A stretch of 64,000 nt of DNA from Octopus sinensis (lineage: Eukaryota). Of this stretch, positions 37,954 through 50,747 are shown one piece after another. The stretch spans positions 100,812,001-100,876,000 of the forward strand of contig NC_042998.1 of the NCBI RefSeq assembly GCF_006345805.1, in the 5' to 3' direction. The position numbers were made by a program, and so were the translations under genes. Position 1 is the first letter of the stretch; every line of letters starts with the position of its first letter. The notes under the pieces were generated by a model. It was not told the origin of the DNA and made no database searches. It was given only the letters and a program-made list of their open reading frames with translations.

Positions 37954-38640
37954 TACTTGTCCCATGTTTTATTTTATCGATTCCAAAAGGGCGAGAAGCA
38001 AAACAGACTTTGGCAGGATACGAACACAGAACGCGAAGTGTCAGGACAAATGCTGCTAGGAATTTTGTGCAAGGCTCTAACGATTCTGCCTATCCAATAA
38101 TATCTTTATTTTTCCACAAGGGCGATGGATGAATGAAGGGCAAATAACAAAACAGTTGGAGAACACAATAGCGTTAGATGTTCACCTTCACCTTTATCAC
38201 CCATCACCCCTGGGCACACCGTTCACACCACACTGAAATAACAGGGAGAAAATATCAACAACACACTAGACACAGTCGGAGTTATGGATAGACAGACATT
38301 CCAAAACACTTTGACGGAGTCTGGAAAATGTTAGAAATCTGTTATGTATTTAGAGCGACCGAATGTGAAGGGTGATGGTGGGATGAGGTTGATAGTTGTT
38401 GTGGGATGCAGGCGTGAAAGGGGACAAGAAATTGGTGGGGGTTTCTGATGGTGTGTGTGTGTGTGTGTGTGTGTAGTTAGAGAATTAGTAGTGTAACAGA
38501 CGGAAAATACAAGCGACGATGTTTGTGTGCAGATGAATGTATTTCTTTTACATTTAAATAATAAACGTGCTTGAATAATTTCATACATCTGTATGTACAC
38601 GCATCTATGTGTATACAACTAAACTACACATACACAGACA

Positions 38641-38644
<4 letters not shown>

Positions 38645-38719
<75 letters not shown>

Positions 38720-38724
38720 GTGTG
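38645..38724. repeat. (TG)n microsatellite
   Basis: Directly visible. Confidence 0.95.
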
Positions 38725-39899
38725 AATCTTAGTGTATGTATAATACCTAGCAACAAATGTAAGCAATCACTGTCATAAATAAACCATTAAAAGACGAACG
38801 AAGTAACTTTCATCTAAGTGACTGCTAGAATTGGCAACCAAATCTCCTTCAAATAATACCCTATCATCTTAAAATATCCTATGGAGAAAAATTCAAGATA
38901 GTCACAGTAGCAATGCCCGTTGATCATAGATTTACTTGATCGAAGGTAACTCGTGGCTATAAAACAATTTAAGACCATTTATAAAAGGATTTACAGGTAC
39001 ACACAAATACACTGTCGATGCTTTCTTACATTATAGCATAATAATCATGTAAAATGTAAACATGTAAAATAACTTGCACATACGTGTACATACATATTAA
39101 CAAAACACGGACAATATAATACACACACACAAATACATATACACGGTCAGGTATATGCAACCCCCATCTCACTCTTTCCCTCTCACTCTCTTTTATATAT
39201 ATATATACACATATATAACTATACACAAACACACACATATATATATACGCATACATATATATACACATACATATATATATACACATACATATACATACAT
39301 ACACACACACATACATACATATACATATACATACATACATACACATATATATATATGTATGTCGCCATGATAGATCGTTAGCCACTACACACATTTTTTT
39401 CTCTCCTTGTTTTTTTTTGTTTTTTTCGTAAACTCTCTCTCTCTCTCTCTGTATATATATATATATATATACATTTAAACCATGGCGCATAACCGATAGA
39501 ATAAGTACAACATTCCCCACCACCACCACCAACAGGACGCTAGTCCACCGCAGGGTTATTGATTTACAGCTGAGTGGACTGGAGCAATGTAAAAATTAAA
39601 TGTTATGCTCAAGAACAAAACGCACAGCTCAGTTGAAAACACGATCTTGCGATTGTCAGTGCAATCTTCTTATGGTTGTACATATGGTTGTACATATCGC
39701 TACTAAAAGCAAACAAACAAACACACAAAACAAAAAAACTTGTTTTTGGTTTACTTTTTAATCAGGTAAGAAAGAGCAGCGCTCATGATCCTTTCTCTTT
39801 TAAAGACTTCCAACAAGTGGGATAAAAGAAAGAAGTTTTTCTCCAACCGAAGGCCTGATCCCAATGTTTATTGCAGAGTGAACCCACTAAAGGCACTAA

Positions 39900-40110
39900 A
39901 GGTTTCAATTTGGCACAAGGACAGCAATTTCGGGGTGGAGTAAGTAGATTACATTGACCCCAGTGCTCAAGTGGTACTTATTTTATCGGCCCTGAAAGGA
40001 TGAAAGGCAAAGTCGATCTCGGCAGCATTTGAACTCAGAACGTAAAGACGGACGAAATGTCGCCAAGCATTTTGCTCGGCGTGTTAATGATTCTGCTGGT
40101 TTACCGCCTT
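39900..40110 (-). mobile_element. SINE family B
   Basis: Homologous to 34700-34923. Confidence 0.8.
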
Positions 40111-40936
40111 GTTAAACTGAGTGACGGATTCAACGTATCATCTAAGAACACAGAATGCAAAAGAGCCGGAACAAATATCGCAATGTATTTTGTCCAACGC
40201 TCTAGCAATTCCGCCAATCCATTTCTCTGGGCTGGTCAACCTCGAAAGGAAATTAAACTCTGACTGCGGAGGAATTTGAACTCTGAGCGCAGATCCGGAA
40301 ACAATACCGTAAAGTACGGGTTCCCAAGCACAGGAACGTGGATTCTTTGCTTGCACAGTCTGTAGAGTGGTTTTGCATTGCATAATATATAAGCATTATA
40401 TATGTAATGATTCAGTTATATATTATGCACTTTATGTTTTGTTATGCACGCGATTTGCAGGTCCGGTAAAAAAAAATTGCTTTGCATGAAATCGGTCCAC
40501 GGTGCAAAAAAAAAAAAAAAAAAGGATGGGAATCCTGCCGTGGGGCATTTTGTTCTACGCGCGAACGACTGCTAAATCCGGCTTTCACATTAATGCAGCT
40601 TTTCTAAACATCGCAATTCACGTTCATAGTCAGATCTAAATGCATACGCTGTCGTATAAAGTTACACGAACATATAAAATAGCAAAATATACAAATACAT
40701 ACATAAAAACGTACCACAATATTTACACTAATCGACTAACATTTACAAATACTGAAACAGAATCAACGAGGAAGAGTGGTTCTTTGCTGTCACTCGATCA
40801 CTTAGCAAAAACTGTCATAACCTCTTTCAAATAACACCCTGGTGTCTTGGGGGAAGGAGATGGGGGCATAATTGATAATCGTGTCTTATATTTGCATCTA
40901 AAAAACGAGACCGCTTTGGTTGGCATGACCTTCAGT

Positions 40937-41119
40937 CCTCTTAGACTACATCCCGAGTATGACCACTCGACTGATCGGCATGAAGTTGCTCACCAACTCA
41001 TTCCACCCTCTGATCCACACACGTCCTGTATACCCAACCGTCTTGCCAGTCCCTCGCTCGCGGAATCAGCTGGTACTACCAACCCACTCGTCTCTTCCCT
41101 CGCCATCCGCATTGTGTCT
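40937..41119. repeat. Local direct duplicate of 42201-42401 (retroelement-like fragment)
   Basis: Near-identical sequence with one short indel. Confidence 0.85.
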
Positions 41120-41671
41120 AAACAGCACAAGTACATTCATCGATATAGTTCTAATGTATAAAATTACATGGACGCATATACGACAACTGCATATAAAAAC
41201 ATTTTCCACAAATGACGATAATACACATTAAAAGTAAATGAAATTCCGTCGGTTTCAATGATGAGTATTCCAGTTATTTGTTAACTGAACTACCCAGTCG
41301 TCAAACTGTTGAGTAAGCAGCTGGATATTCGATATATCTAGTAATCCACAGGTAGAATCAGTGTAACAGTGTCACAAGACCAACCGTGCAGATCATCCAA
41401 CAGACTTCTACAGTTTCGTTCTACTCAGTTTCATTCAGAAGGCATGGGTCGAGCAGAAACTATGGTAAAAGATATTAACTTAAAGTGTCACACAGTGGGA
41501 TTGAGCCTAAGACTTTCATAGTAGCAAAATCAACTTAACCACTCAACCATACCGAGAAAACACATCATAAACAATAACCGCACGCATGCATACCAATACA
41601 AATACCTAGAACACGCACACACATACAACCACACATCTCAGTCACTGAACACATCAAGAAAATACTGTTAC

Positions 41672-41812
41672 CTTAAGTCTCTTTAACATAAACAACATAC
41701 AGCTAAAACCTTCGCGTTCGCTTCAAGTGCCAGGTTTTCACTACCACAGAGGGCCTCATCATCCTACATCTTAAACAAAGCAAAGACTGCATCACAAACT
41801 CTGGCCTTCAAT
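41672..41812 (-). other. Candidate first exon of a minus-strand host gene
   Basis: Inr-like TCATTG (+1 at 41812), donor AAG|GTAACA at 41671; ATG at 41698 gives MLFMLKRLK open to the donor. Confidence 0.4.
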
Positions 41813-41880
41813 GACAGAAAGTGTTCCTCACGAACCACTTATAGCCAGTCCGCCTTTTCCGGAACGTCCTCCCACCAATA
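41809..41880 (-). promoter_or_regulatory. Candidate Pol II core promoter (CCAAT, ETS-like, GC-box-like, TATA, Inr)
   Basis: ccaat 41875-41879; ccggaa 41857-41864; ggcgg 41850-41854; TATAAG starting at 41843, 31 nt upstream of the Inr A. Confidence 0.45.
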
Positions 41881-41924
41881 AGAGCCAACACTCTACAAGA
41901 CTATTAGGCCCTCAATGGAATATC

Positions 41925-42130
41925 GGTTTCAAATTTTGGCACAAAAACCACCAAGTTCAGGTAGGGGATAAGTTGATTACATAGCCCTCAGTGTTCAACT
42001 GGTATTTATTTTATCGACTTCGGAACAATGTGAAGCAAAGTGGACCTCGGCGGAAATTGAACTCAGAGCGTAAGGACGAACGAAATTCTGGTTAGCATTC
42101 TACCCGGCGCGGTAACGATTCCGCTTACCG
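41925..42130 (-). mobile_element. SINE family B
   Basis: Homologous to 34700-34923. Confidence 0.75.
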
Positions 42131-42200
42131 TCAATGGAATATTCCACCCACATCTGGAACAGTGCAGTTGCTACACACACATAGACACACGCGCGCACGA

Positions 42201-42490
42201 CCTCTTAGACTACATCCCGAAAATGACCACTCGACTGATCGGCCTGAAGTTGCTCACCAACTCATTCCACCCTTTGATCCACACACGTGCCGTATACCCA
42301 ACCGTCTTGCCAGTCCCTCGCTTGCGGAATCAGCTGGTTTCCTACCACCTCTCTGGTACAACCAACCCACTCGTCTCTTCCCTCGCCATCCGCATTGTGT
42401 CCAAACCAATAGGACCCACACTAACCACAATGCCCAATCCTCCTATTCTAAAACCTCAAACCATTCGAATTTCTTCCCTGCAGCCGTAGA
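42201..42490. repeat. Longer copy of the 40937-41119 segment
   Basis: Direct repeat, 1264 bp offset. Confidence 0.8.
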
Positions 42491-42728
42491 GTAGTAGCAA
42501 AAATTTAAACGAAACGTTAATTCTACCGGTCATCGGAGAATATGTTGAAGGCTCAGGTCACTATTCTTTATCTCAGGCAAAATCGATAAAAAAAAAAGAA
42601 AGAAAATTACTAACACACATTCGAAATGGCAGCGAAATTTCACCCAAACCATATTCTATCATTTTTTCAAAGTCTGACTGATCTCACCCTTTCATATACA
42701 CACACGAGATCACATTTTAAAAATTCAG

Positions 42729-42772
<44 letters not shown>

Positions 42773-43101
42773 GTGTGAGAGAGAGAGAGGGGGGGGAGAA
42801 AGAGATAGTAGCCGAATTCCTTTAAGTAACACACTGCGGTTTCAAAGAAAGATATATTGCTGCTGCAGTTCTAAATGCTATGGCCAGGAAAAGACTGAGA
42901 ATGCCTCTGGTGAGCCCGACATCCAGTGCGGCATACCAACAAAGTTGTTTAATTTTACATTAACCTCCGTCGAGTAGACTTTTAATCAAACGTGTTCTGG
43001 AGCCTCTTATCCTTTCATACATAATATATCGAGGGCTACATAAAACAGCAAGTCCTTTTCTCCCTTTTTTTTTTCTTTTATAAAGACGATAGGGTACGAT
43101 T

Positions 43102-43260
43102 TCTAACTGGTTCAGTAACCCTTTAAAAGTTCCCTCATCAGTTATACAGTGGGTGCTGCTTCTACTTAGAGTGATGATAGTTCCAGCCCTATTGAAATTT
43201 AAGTGATTTTGCAACAGACCCTACAAAGCAATGCCAATGTAAGAATTAGAAACTGCTGTC
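43102..43260. repeat. 159-bp direct duplicate of 44265-44423
   Basis: Only two substitutions seen between the copies. Confidence 0.9.
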
Positions 43261-44264
43261 ATTTTGTCCAGAAGAGCAGAATCTCAGAAAATTAGACAAA
43301 ATGCTGCATTTAATTACAACTCCTTTACATTCCGAGTTCGATTGTGTCTTTAATAAAGTACTAGTTAAGAACTGGGCTCAAAATAATATTCCTTCCAAGC
43401 ATTTAGATACGAAGAAAATGAAAATAGAAGATGAAAACAACACCGATACCCGCCTATTTTTTTTTAAGGATACATACACTAAATTTGAACATACAGATAT
43501 AGACACGTAATAAAGAAAACACGAACATACCACCAAAATATTGTTAATCCACGTATACATACACCCATGCCATTTCCTTAAATTTAAAAATGAGAATTAA
43601 TTAAAAAAAAAAGATTCTGATATACATACACTGGGTTCATATACACATATTCAACTTGCTTGTCAGAAGTCACAACATTGAAATATCCAATACATAATAA
43701 TTCGTTTGAAGCTGGTGATTCAGACAATACACAGTTTCTTGTTAGTGTTTGTTTGTTCATGCAACAAACATATGTATGCATGCGTTGTCACTAGCTAGAA
43801 GTGGGCCGGAGGAGGCGGTCTTCCCCCAGGCAGCACCACTTTTGGGCCTGCTGCAGGCTACAAGCCTGTATAGGTTGTATTGAAATCAAATAGTGGTTTT
43901 AGTGTCAGGGCACGGGCACTACTCAACGTTAAATGCAGCAATCGATGTAATTACTGTGCAATATGTATTATTTGTGGAGGCCCCGGGAAAGCAAACTGAA
44001 AGGCTTCCTCGGGCGGCACTCACGAGCTACACCAACGATGCGTGTGTTCGTAACCATAAAACCGACAATATATATAGCAGTATCCTAATTCGAGTTCTTT
44101 AAATGCAATATTGCAATGATTGATGTTGATAACTAGAAATGTAAAGACCTGGGACAATTTCATAATCGTGTTTACAATTTTTTCAATCAACAAAGTTAAA
44201 CCATTTTTTAAAATCATTGTTGTTTTTCTGTTTATTTGGAAGAGTGCAGGCTGATGTCACTGAC

Positions 44265-44423
44265 TCTAACTGGTTGAGTAACCCTTTAAAAGTTCCCTCA
44301 TCAGTTATACAGTGGGTGCTGCTTCTACTTAGAGTGATGATAGTTCCAGCCTTATTGAAATTTAAGTGATTTTGCAACAGACCCTACAAAGCAATGCCAA
44401 TGTAAGAATTAGAAACTGCTGTC
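44265..44423. repeat. 159-bp direct duplicate of 43102-43260
   Basis: Only two substitutions seen relative to 43102-43260. Confidence 0.9.
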
Positions 44424-44610
44424 TATTAGCATTTCAATAACAAGTACAGAATTCTTTTAGATTGGAACTGGTCAATTCTTTGAGAAATCAGTGAAAGAAC
44501 TTCTAAGTGGTCCTCCAACCTGCTAGAAGTAACTAAAATCGCCTTCAAATCGCACCCCCATTGTCTTAAGAACGGACAGGACGCTTTGGATGGAGTAGTT
44601 TTCGAGGTTT

Positions 44611-45354
44611 ATATAAAGATCCTCACCCGGGAACAAAAAAAAAAAAAATTAACCAGCCTTGGGTGTGTTAATAAGTGTGTAGAAAACGAATATGAAAAAA
44701 AAAAAATACGCGCTGACCACCCTGGGGGTGGAGGACTTTCGGAAAATTCACAAGATCCGATTATGCCATCATAAATTCGGGTAAAATGGATATATATTGA
44801 TTTTTTACGGAATCCCACGTTTTTGGTTATGGAGGATCCAATTCTGAAAAAAAATTTCAAAAATCGCATTTTCAAAATTTCATTATGTTATCGCAGTTTT
44901 GTGAGATTTGGCTGTTATTTCTAGCATGCTTGAAGGCCTGAGGGTATATATTCTTTTTTTTCTTTTCTTGTTGAAAAATTGAAATTTTACAAACAAATTT
45001 TTTTCAGAATCGTAATCTTCGTATTTTTCTACGTAACGTATTTGGCAAAAAAAAAAAAAATGAAAAGTGAAGGGGGTTGAAATTTTGAAAACGCGATTTT
45101 TGAAATTTTTTTTCAGAATCGGATCCTCCATAACCAAAAACGTGGGGTTCCGTGAAAAAAAAAAAAATCAATATATATCCATTTTACCCGAAGTTATGAC
45201 GGAAAAATCGGATCTTGTGAATTTTCCGAAAGTCCCTTCCCCATCCCATGGTCGTCAGCGCGCATTTTTTTTTTTTCATATTCGTTTTCCATACACTGGA
45301 TAACATCCCACAAGCTGGTTAATTTTTTTTTTTTCCGGGTCAAGGTCTTTATAT
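44611..45354. mobile_element. Foldback/MITE with about 270-bp inverted arms
   Basis: 44611-44882 is the imperfect reverse complement of 45078-45354. Confidence 0.8.
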
Positions 45355-46059
45355 TGACCGTCTTTGATACAGTGTATGAAAGAAAAGTGGACTGGTCACG
45401 GTTAAAATGTCTTTGATAATAGATTTACTACACCAGGGGTGACCTGGGTTTAAACTACGTCAATATCCAACTTTGTTAATATCTGTGATTATTTTTATTC
45501 CAGAAAGCGACAATAACTTATAACATGTTTAATGTCAACGCAAGTAAGTCCTTATTTGGAATTATTTTGTTGGGGTGGGACTATAAAACTTAAATTTTCG
45601 TAAGTGCATTCTCCAGCCCACATACACGCACACACACACACACACACATGAACATTTTAAAATGTTCATTTTTTTAAAAAGAAAGTTTACATGTACGTAC
45701 ATGATGAGCTCCAATGGAAAATATGCTTGAAAGTTATATCCTTGATAAATGATATAGAATTATATGTATGATTTATGTAAATAAATCTGTCTTCATATGT
45801 GTGTGTGTGTGTGTGTGTGTAATATTTTAATATCAAGCGGCGTGTGTGTGTGTGTGTGTGCACGAGCGCACTTAAACGATATACAAGTGCATAATAATGA
45901 TAAAAGAATATGAAATAACTTTATATCAACATGTTTCATACACATGCATTTAAGCATTCATCGTTTTGTCTTCACAACAAACGTACAAAACCATGACATT
46001 GGAACGAAGAAGCGATTAAATTAACGACCAGCTTTAAATGAATAAACAAAGTTTACTGA

Positions 46060-46132
46060 ATACATACATACATACATACATACATACATACATACATACA
46101 TACATACATACATACATACATACATACATACA
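46060..46132. repeat. (TACA)n microsatellite
   Basis: Directly visible. Confidence 0.95.
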
Positions 46133-46578
46133 CACACATGCCACGATATGACTTGTTTAATGTTAACGTAAGTTGACATTAAACTTTTTCGAAGGAATAG
46201 AGTGCTCAGTAATCGAAAGTAGACTTAAAATTTTAACATTGATATTCGCACTTCCGCGCGTATATCACTGCATGGATATTAGATTACATTATATTAATAA
46301 ATATTTGTGTCACTGACTTATAAGTCCAATCCTATAATATATAGCAATTTCTCATACATGCATCAACACGTAGAAGAAATGCCTCAACATTACAACTCCA
46401 TTTTATCCACCCTGAAAGCAACAGGGCTGATTACCCATTGATGGATAGTTTATGTTATATGAAAAGATTCCATATATTGTGATTTAGATTCACGGCTACA
46501 AATTAAGCGGGAATCGAAACATTGTCGCAATCTCGATTTGCTGTGAGTTTAGCTCATGCGCTGCGGTGCTCGCCAATG

Positions 46579-46644
<66 letters not shown>

Positions 46645-46835
46645 ATATCTACACACACACGCACACACGTACGTACGTATGTGTGTGAGTGTTAAAAGAA
46701 AGTGGAAAAGAGTTTACTAGAAACAAACGTCAACAGAAAAAAATATTGATTAGATTACTTGTTCAAATATGAGAGAAAAGATATGCATAAAAAAATATCA
46801 GACAAATAATAATAAAAAAAAATGTTTGCTCTTAC

Positions 46836-47455
46836 CTGTGAAATTTCTCTGAAATTCTATTCTGACCCAATTAACCACCACATGAATAACAACAGAAAAT
46901 TTTAAAAAGTGACGTGAATAAAGAGGAGCAGGACACTTTGCTTAATAAAAGTGCTTCCGTTTCTTTTCCTTTTTAATAAACACTTATTTCGCTTGGTAGT
47001 CCAAATAAAAACAACATACGAGCCTTTTCACTTGTCCGGTATTTTTTCTTTCTCTATCTTTTTCTTTTCTTTCCTTTTCTTTTCCTTTAGTTTATCCTTC
47101 TTTTCTACTGTTCACAAATGTAAATTAATAAAAGAAAAAGCTAACTAAACAACATAGGGATTATATATATATATATATATTACAATCACGACGGAATGTG
47201 ATAAATGTCCCGTCCCATCAGCTGTTAGGCAGTCAGTAAGAAAACCACTAGCTCGAAGTAATAATAAATAAAAAGAAAAAAATCAGACTAACCACTTGGT
47301 CTAGAAAGAATATTTAAAGTTTTTCGGAGGACGGATTGGGATAGTGTGTTTAGTGTAGTGACAGTTCTTACAGAACTTGACCACTGTACTAAAAAGAAAA
47401 GATTGTGTGATGAAAGTTTTTCTTTACTATAAAAAAAGAGAAGTTCGATTGGCTG
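46836..47455 (-). other. Candidate upstream non-coding first exon and promoter region
   Basis: Consensus donor CAG|GTAAGA at 46835; repeat-free stretch; CCAAT boxes on the minus strand at 47336-47340 and 47448-47452. The TATAAAA at 47428 is on the plus strand, so direction is ambiguous. Confidence 0.3.
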
Positions 47456-47958
47456 AAAACTTGTAAACTACCCGACCGACAAGGGTAAGTCAAAACAATC
47501 TACTGTTTGTGACTGCCTTTCGCTTCCCACCCACAATCTCTTCCGCTCTTCTCCACTCTCTCATTCTTTCTTTACTTCTCTATTTTGTGTCGTTACTTCT
47601 TTATTTTATTTCTCCCTTTCGTTTTCTTTTCTTGCCTTTTCTTCTCTATCCCTCATATCCTTTATTTCGCCTGCTTTCGCCCTACATTAAATGCACACGC
47701 GCGCACACACATATATATATCTTGTCTTTTACTTGTTTCAGACTTTGGACTGTGGCCATGCTGGAGCACAACCCCGAAGTGTTTAGTCAAAGGTTGACTG
47801 CAGCCTGTGAGAATTTCTGAATGGTACGCCTCATCAAAAGTTACCTTGAACTTTTTTTACTATGCGGGCCACCTGATGATGGGCCACGTCTCATGCGGTC
47901 CGCTTCTCGGAAAGGGTTGTCCATGCCTAGTCTAAACGGACATATCGACCCGTGCTTT

Positions 47959-48064
47959 GGGAGGTTAATTCAGATTTGCACTTTATATTGAAAAATGCAT
48001 TTTTCTGAAAAAGATTTTTTCGGATTCATAGGTTTTACATGTCGGAGATTACGAATATGCAAAA

Positions 48065-48095
<31 letters not shown>

Positions 48096-48450
48096 ACCCC
48101 ACCCCCAATTTTAAATGTATAGTGTTGTATATTAAAGTGCGGAAATTTCATTGAAGGAGATATGTAACAGAAGAATACGGGGATTTCAACAACAATACCG
48201 AAAGAGTTTCTGCAATTTAACCTAAATGAACATAGAAAGTGCCCTTTACATACCTCACTTCAATTATACAGCAATACATTTAAAAATGGGGTGAGGGGTT
48301 TAGGTTGGGAGGTGGTTAAAATTAATTAAAAAAATTTTTTTTTTTATTGCATATTCGTAATCTCCGACATGTAAAACCTAGGAATCCGAATAAACCTTTT
48401 CAGAAAAATGCATTTTTGAAGGTGAGGTGCGAATCTGCATTAGCCCCACC
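47959..48450. mobile_element. Foldback/MITE with long inverted arms, nested in a SINE
   Basis: aaaaatgcatttttctgaaaa..ggttttacatgtcggagattacgaatatgca is mirrored at 48347-48420. Confidence 0.8.
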
Positions 48451-48743
48451 ACTTTTTTCTTTTAAGCCAGGCACTTATTGTTTCGGTTTATTCAGATACG
48501 TGCGTGTGTGCGCGCGCGTGTGAGTGCGTATGTGTGTGTGCCTGTATGTATGATTATTTGTATTATAACGTATGGATTCAGAGAATCGTATGGCTATGAC
48601 AGAAAGCCCCTCTAACGGACCAGGCTATCAGACCATAGTGATTCAATACAGAGAAGTGTAACGCAGAGTGTCCATGCAACTGAACTCCAAAAGATCCGAT
48701 CAATGAAATTTTATCATGAGAAGTATATAAGCCACAAAATTTT

Positions 48744-49036
48744 AGGAGGCATGGGAGATAAATATATTTATTTCATTTTTACGGTTACAGCCGTTTCGCA
48801 ACCTTCTTAATGTAGTAATAATTTCAGTGTGCAATAAAATTATGTTTACATGTTTGCATTAATATGCATGCCATGCATTATACTATACAATTGTATAGTC
48901 GCAAATCAATGCAAATAAAGAAAGCTAGCGCATCAAATCACCAAAGCATCATGGTTACACCAACGATTCAACTCAAAACGGCCGTAACCCTAAGGATGAT
49001 AAGTGGTTAAATATATTCATCTCTCCTACCTCCTGA
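48744..49036. mobile_element. Penelope-like fold-back remnant with decayed hammerhead motif
   Basis: Inverted ends; ggttacagccgtttcg / aaaacggccgtaacc (GAAAC-GGCC-GTA type stem III); followed by (TA)n. Confidence 0.5.
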
Positions 49037-49045
49037 CTTTTTATA

Positions 49046-49081
<36 letters not shown>

Positions 49082-49129
49082 TGTATGTATGTATGTATGT
49101 ATGTATGTATGTGTGTGTCTGTCTGTCTT

Positions 49130-49239
<110 letters not shown>

Positions 49240-49245
49240 TATATA

Positions 49246-49625
49246 CGTGGAACTCCGTCGGTTACGACGACGAGGGTTCCAGTTGATCCGATCAACGGAA
49301 CAGCCTGCTCGTGAAATTAACGTGTAAGTGGCTGAGCACTCCACAGACACGTGTACCCTTAACTTAGTTCTCGGGGAGATTCAGCATGACACAGTGTATG
49401 ACAAGGCTGGCCCTTTCAAATACAGGTATAACAGAAACAGGAAGAAAGAGCGAGAGAAAGTTGTGGTGAAAGAGTACAGCGGGGTTCGCTACCAACCCTT
49501 GTTGGATACTCGTGGGGCTTTAGGTGTTTTCGCTCAATAAACACTCACAACAACTGCTCTGGGAATCGAGACCGTGATTCCACGACCGTGAGTCCGCTGC
49601 CCTAACCACTAGGCAATTGCACCTC
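49246..49625 (-). mobile_element. SINE family C
   Basis: Minus-strand tRNA-like head gaggtgcaattgcctagtggttagggcagcggactcacggtcgtgg..tcgattccc. Confidence 0.8.
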
Positions 49626-49680
49626 ACACATACACGCATGCACGCATGCACGCGCGCACACACACGCATGCATGTGCGCG

Positions 49681-49725
<45 letters not shown>

Positions 49726-49925
49726 GATCTTTTGTAAGAAACAAATCCGAAAGAAGAAGCACATTGTAAGATGTAGAGCAAAGTATATTACAAATAGGGA
49801 AGGCTGGTTTATAGGATTATAAAGAGGTCATGGTCAACAGGTTTTGGGAATCTTACGATACGCCATAAAGCTAAATCCTTTACAGACGGGAAACCTAAGA
49901 TAATCCCATAAACCGACTTTCTCCA

Positions 49926-49963
<38 letters not shown>

Positions 49964-50236
49964 ATATAAACATACAGGAATATACATACAATACATACTT
50001 ACATACAAGTACATACATGTGTATATGTGCGTGTGTGTGTGCGCGCGCGCAGGGACGGACCCAAGGAAGGGTGCTGAGAGGTACGTGCCCCTCTCAAGAA
50101 AAGAAGTGCACTCTTCTAAATAATGTTATTACGCCCATTTCTCTTGGAATTGCATTCTCTTCTGACCTTGTGCCCTTCTTTCGAAAAATTCCTGGGACCG
50201 CGCCCGGTATATGTCTGTATGTGTGTGTGAGTGTGT

Positions 50237-50286
<50 letters not shown>

Positions 50287-50747
50287 GAGAGAGATAGTCT
50301 ATTATATCGGTTATATTTATTTCATCGAGTACGATAATATTAGTCAGATCCGGTTTCGAGTCTAGTTGGGACCGTGTATTTACCTTTGTCCATGAAGAGA
50401 GATATAGCTTATATCTATTTATAACCACTAAATGCCGCAAAGTAAAGTCATGATGTTTAGTGGATGTAAAGAACTATGTGATATCTTTTTTTCTGTGGAC
50501 TGAATGGGTGCGTGGTCTCTTCTGAAACAGAATCGAAACCAGAGAAAAAATATCCTCGTTATGCTCATGCACAAGGGTAGCTGTGTGTTTGAAAAATCTT
50601 GCTTCTCAGTCATGTACACTTAGGTTCAGTCCCACTGCTTGTAACCATTGTGTCTTCTATAGATCCCGGCCTATCAAACCCTGGTGAGTGGATCTTGTAG
50701 ACGGAAACTGAAAGAAACTAGCACATATATTTATGTATATGTATGTA

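Noticed and set aside
40847-42494. Duplicated ~100-aa ORFs (LRLHPE.DHSTDR..)
   Set aside because: They arise from the duplicated repeat fragment; several frames are open and there are no splice signals or known domain.
43165-43260. GTGATGA box C-like motif in the 159-bp duplicate
   Set aside because: No matching CTGA box D or terminal stem, so a snoRNA is unsupported.
49550-49625. tRNA-like sequences here and at 34840-34923, 36096-36165 and 55851-55915
   Set aside because: They are SINE heads attached to SINE bodies, without intact cloverleaves.
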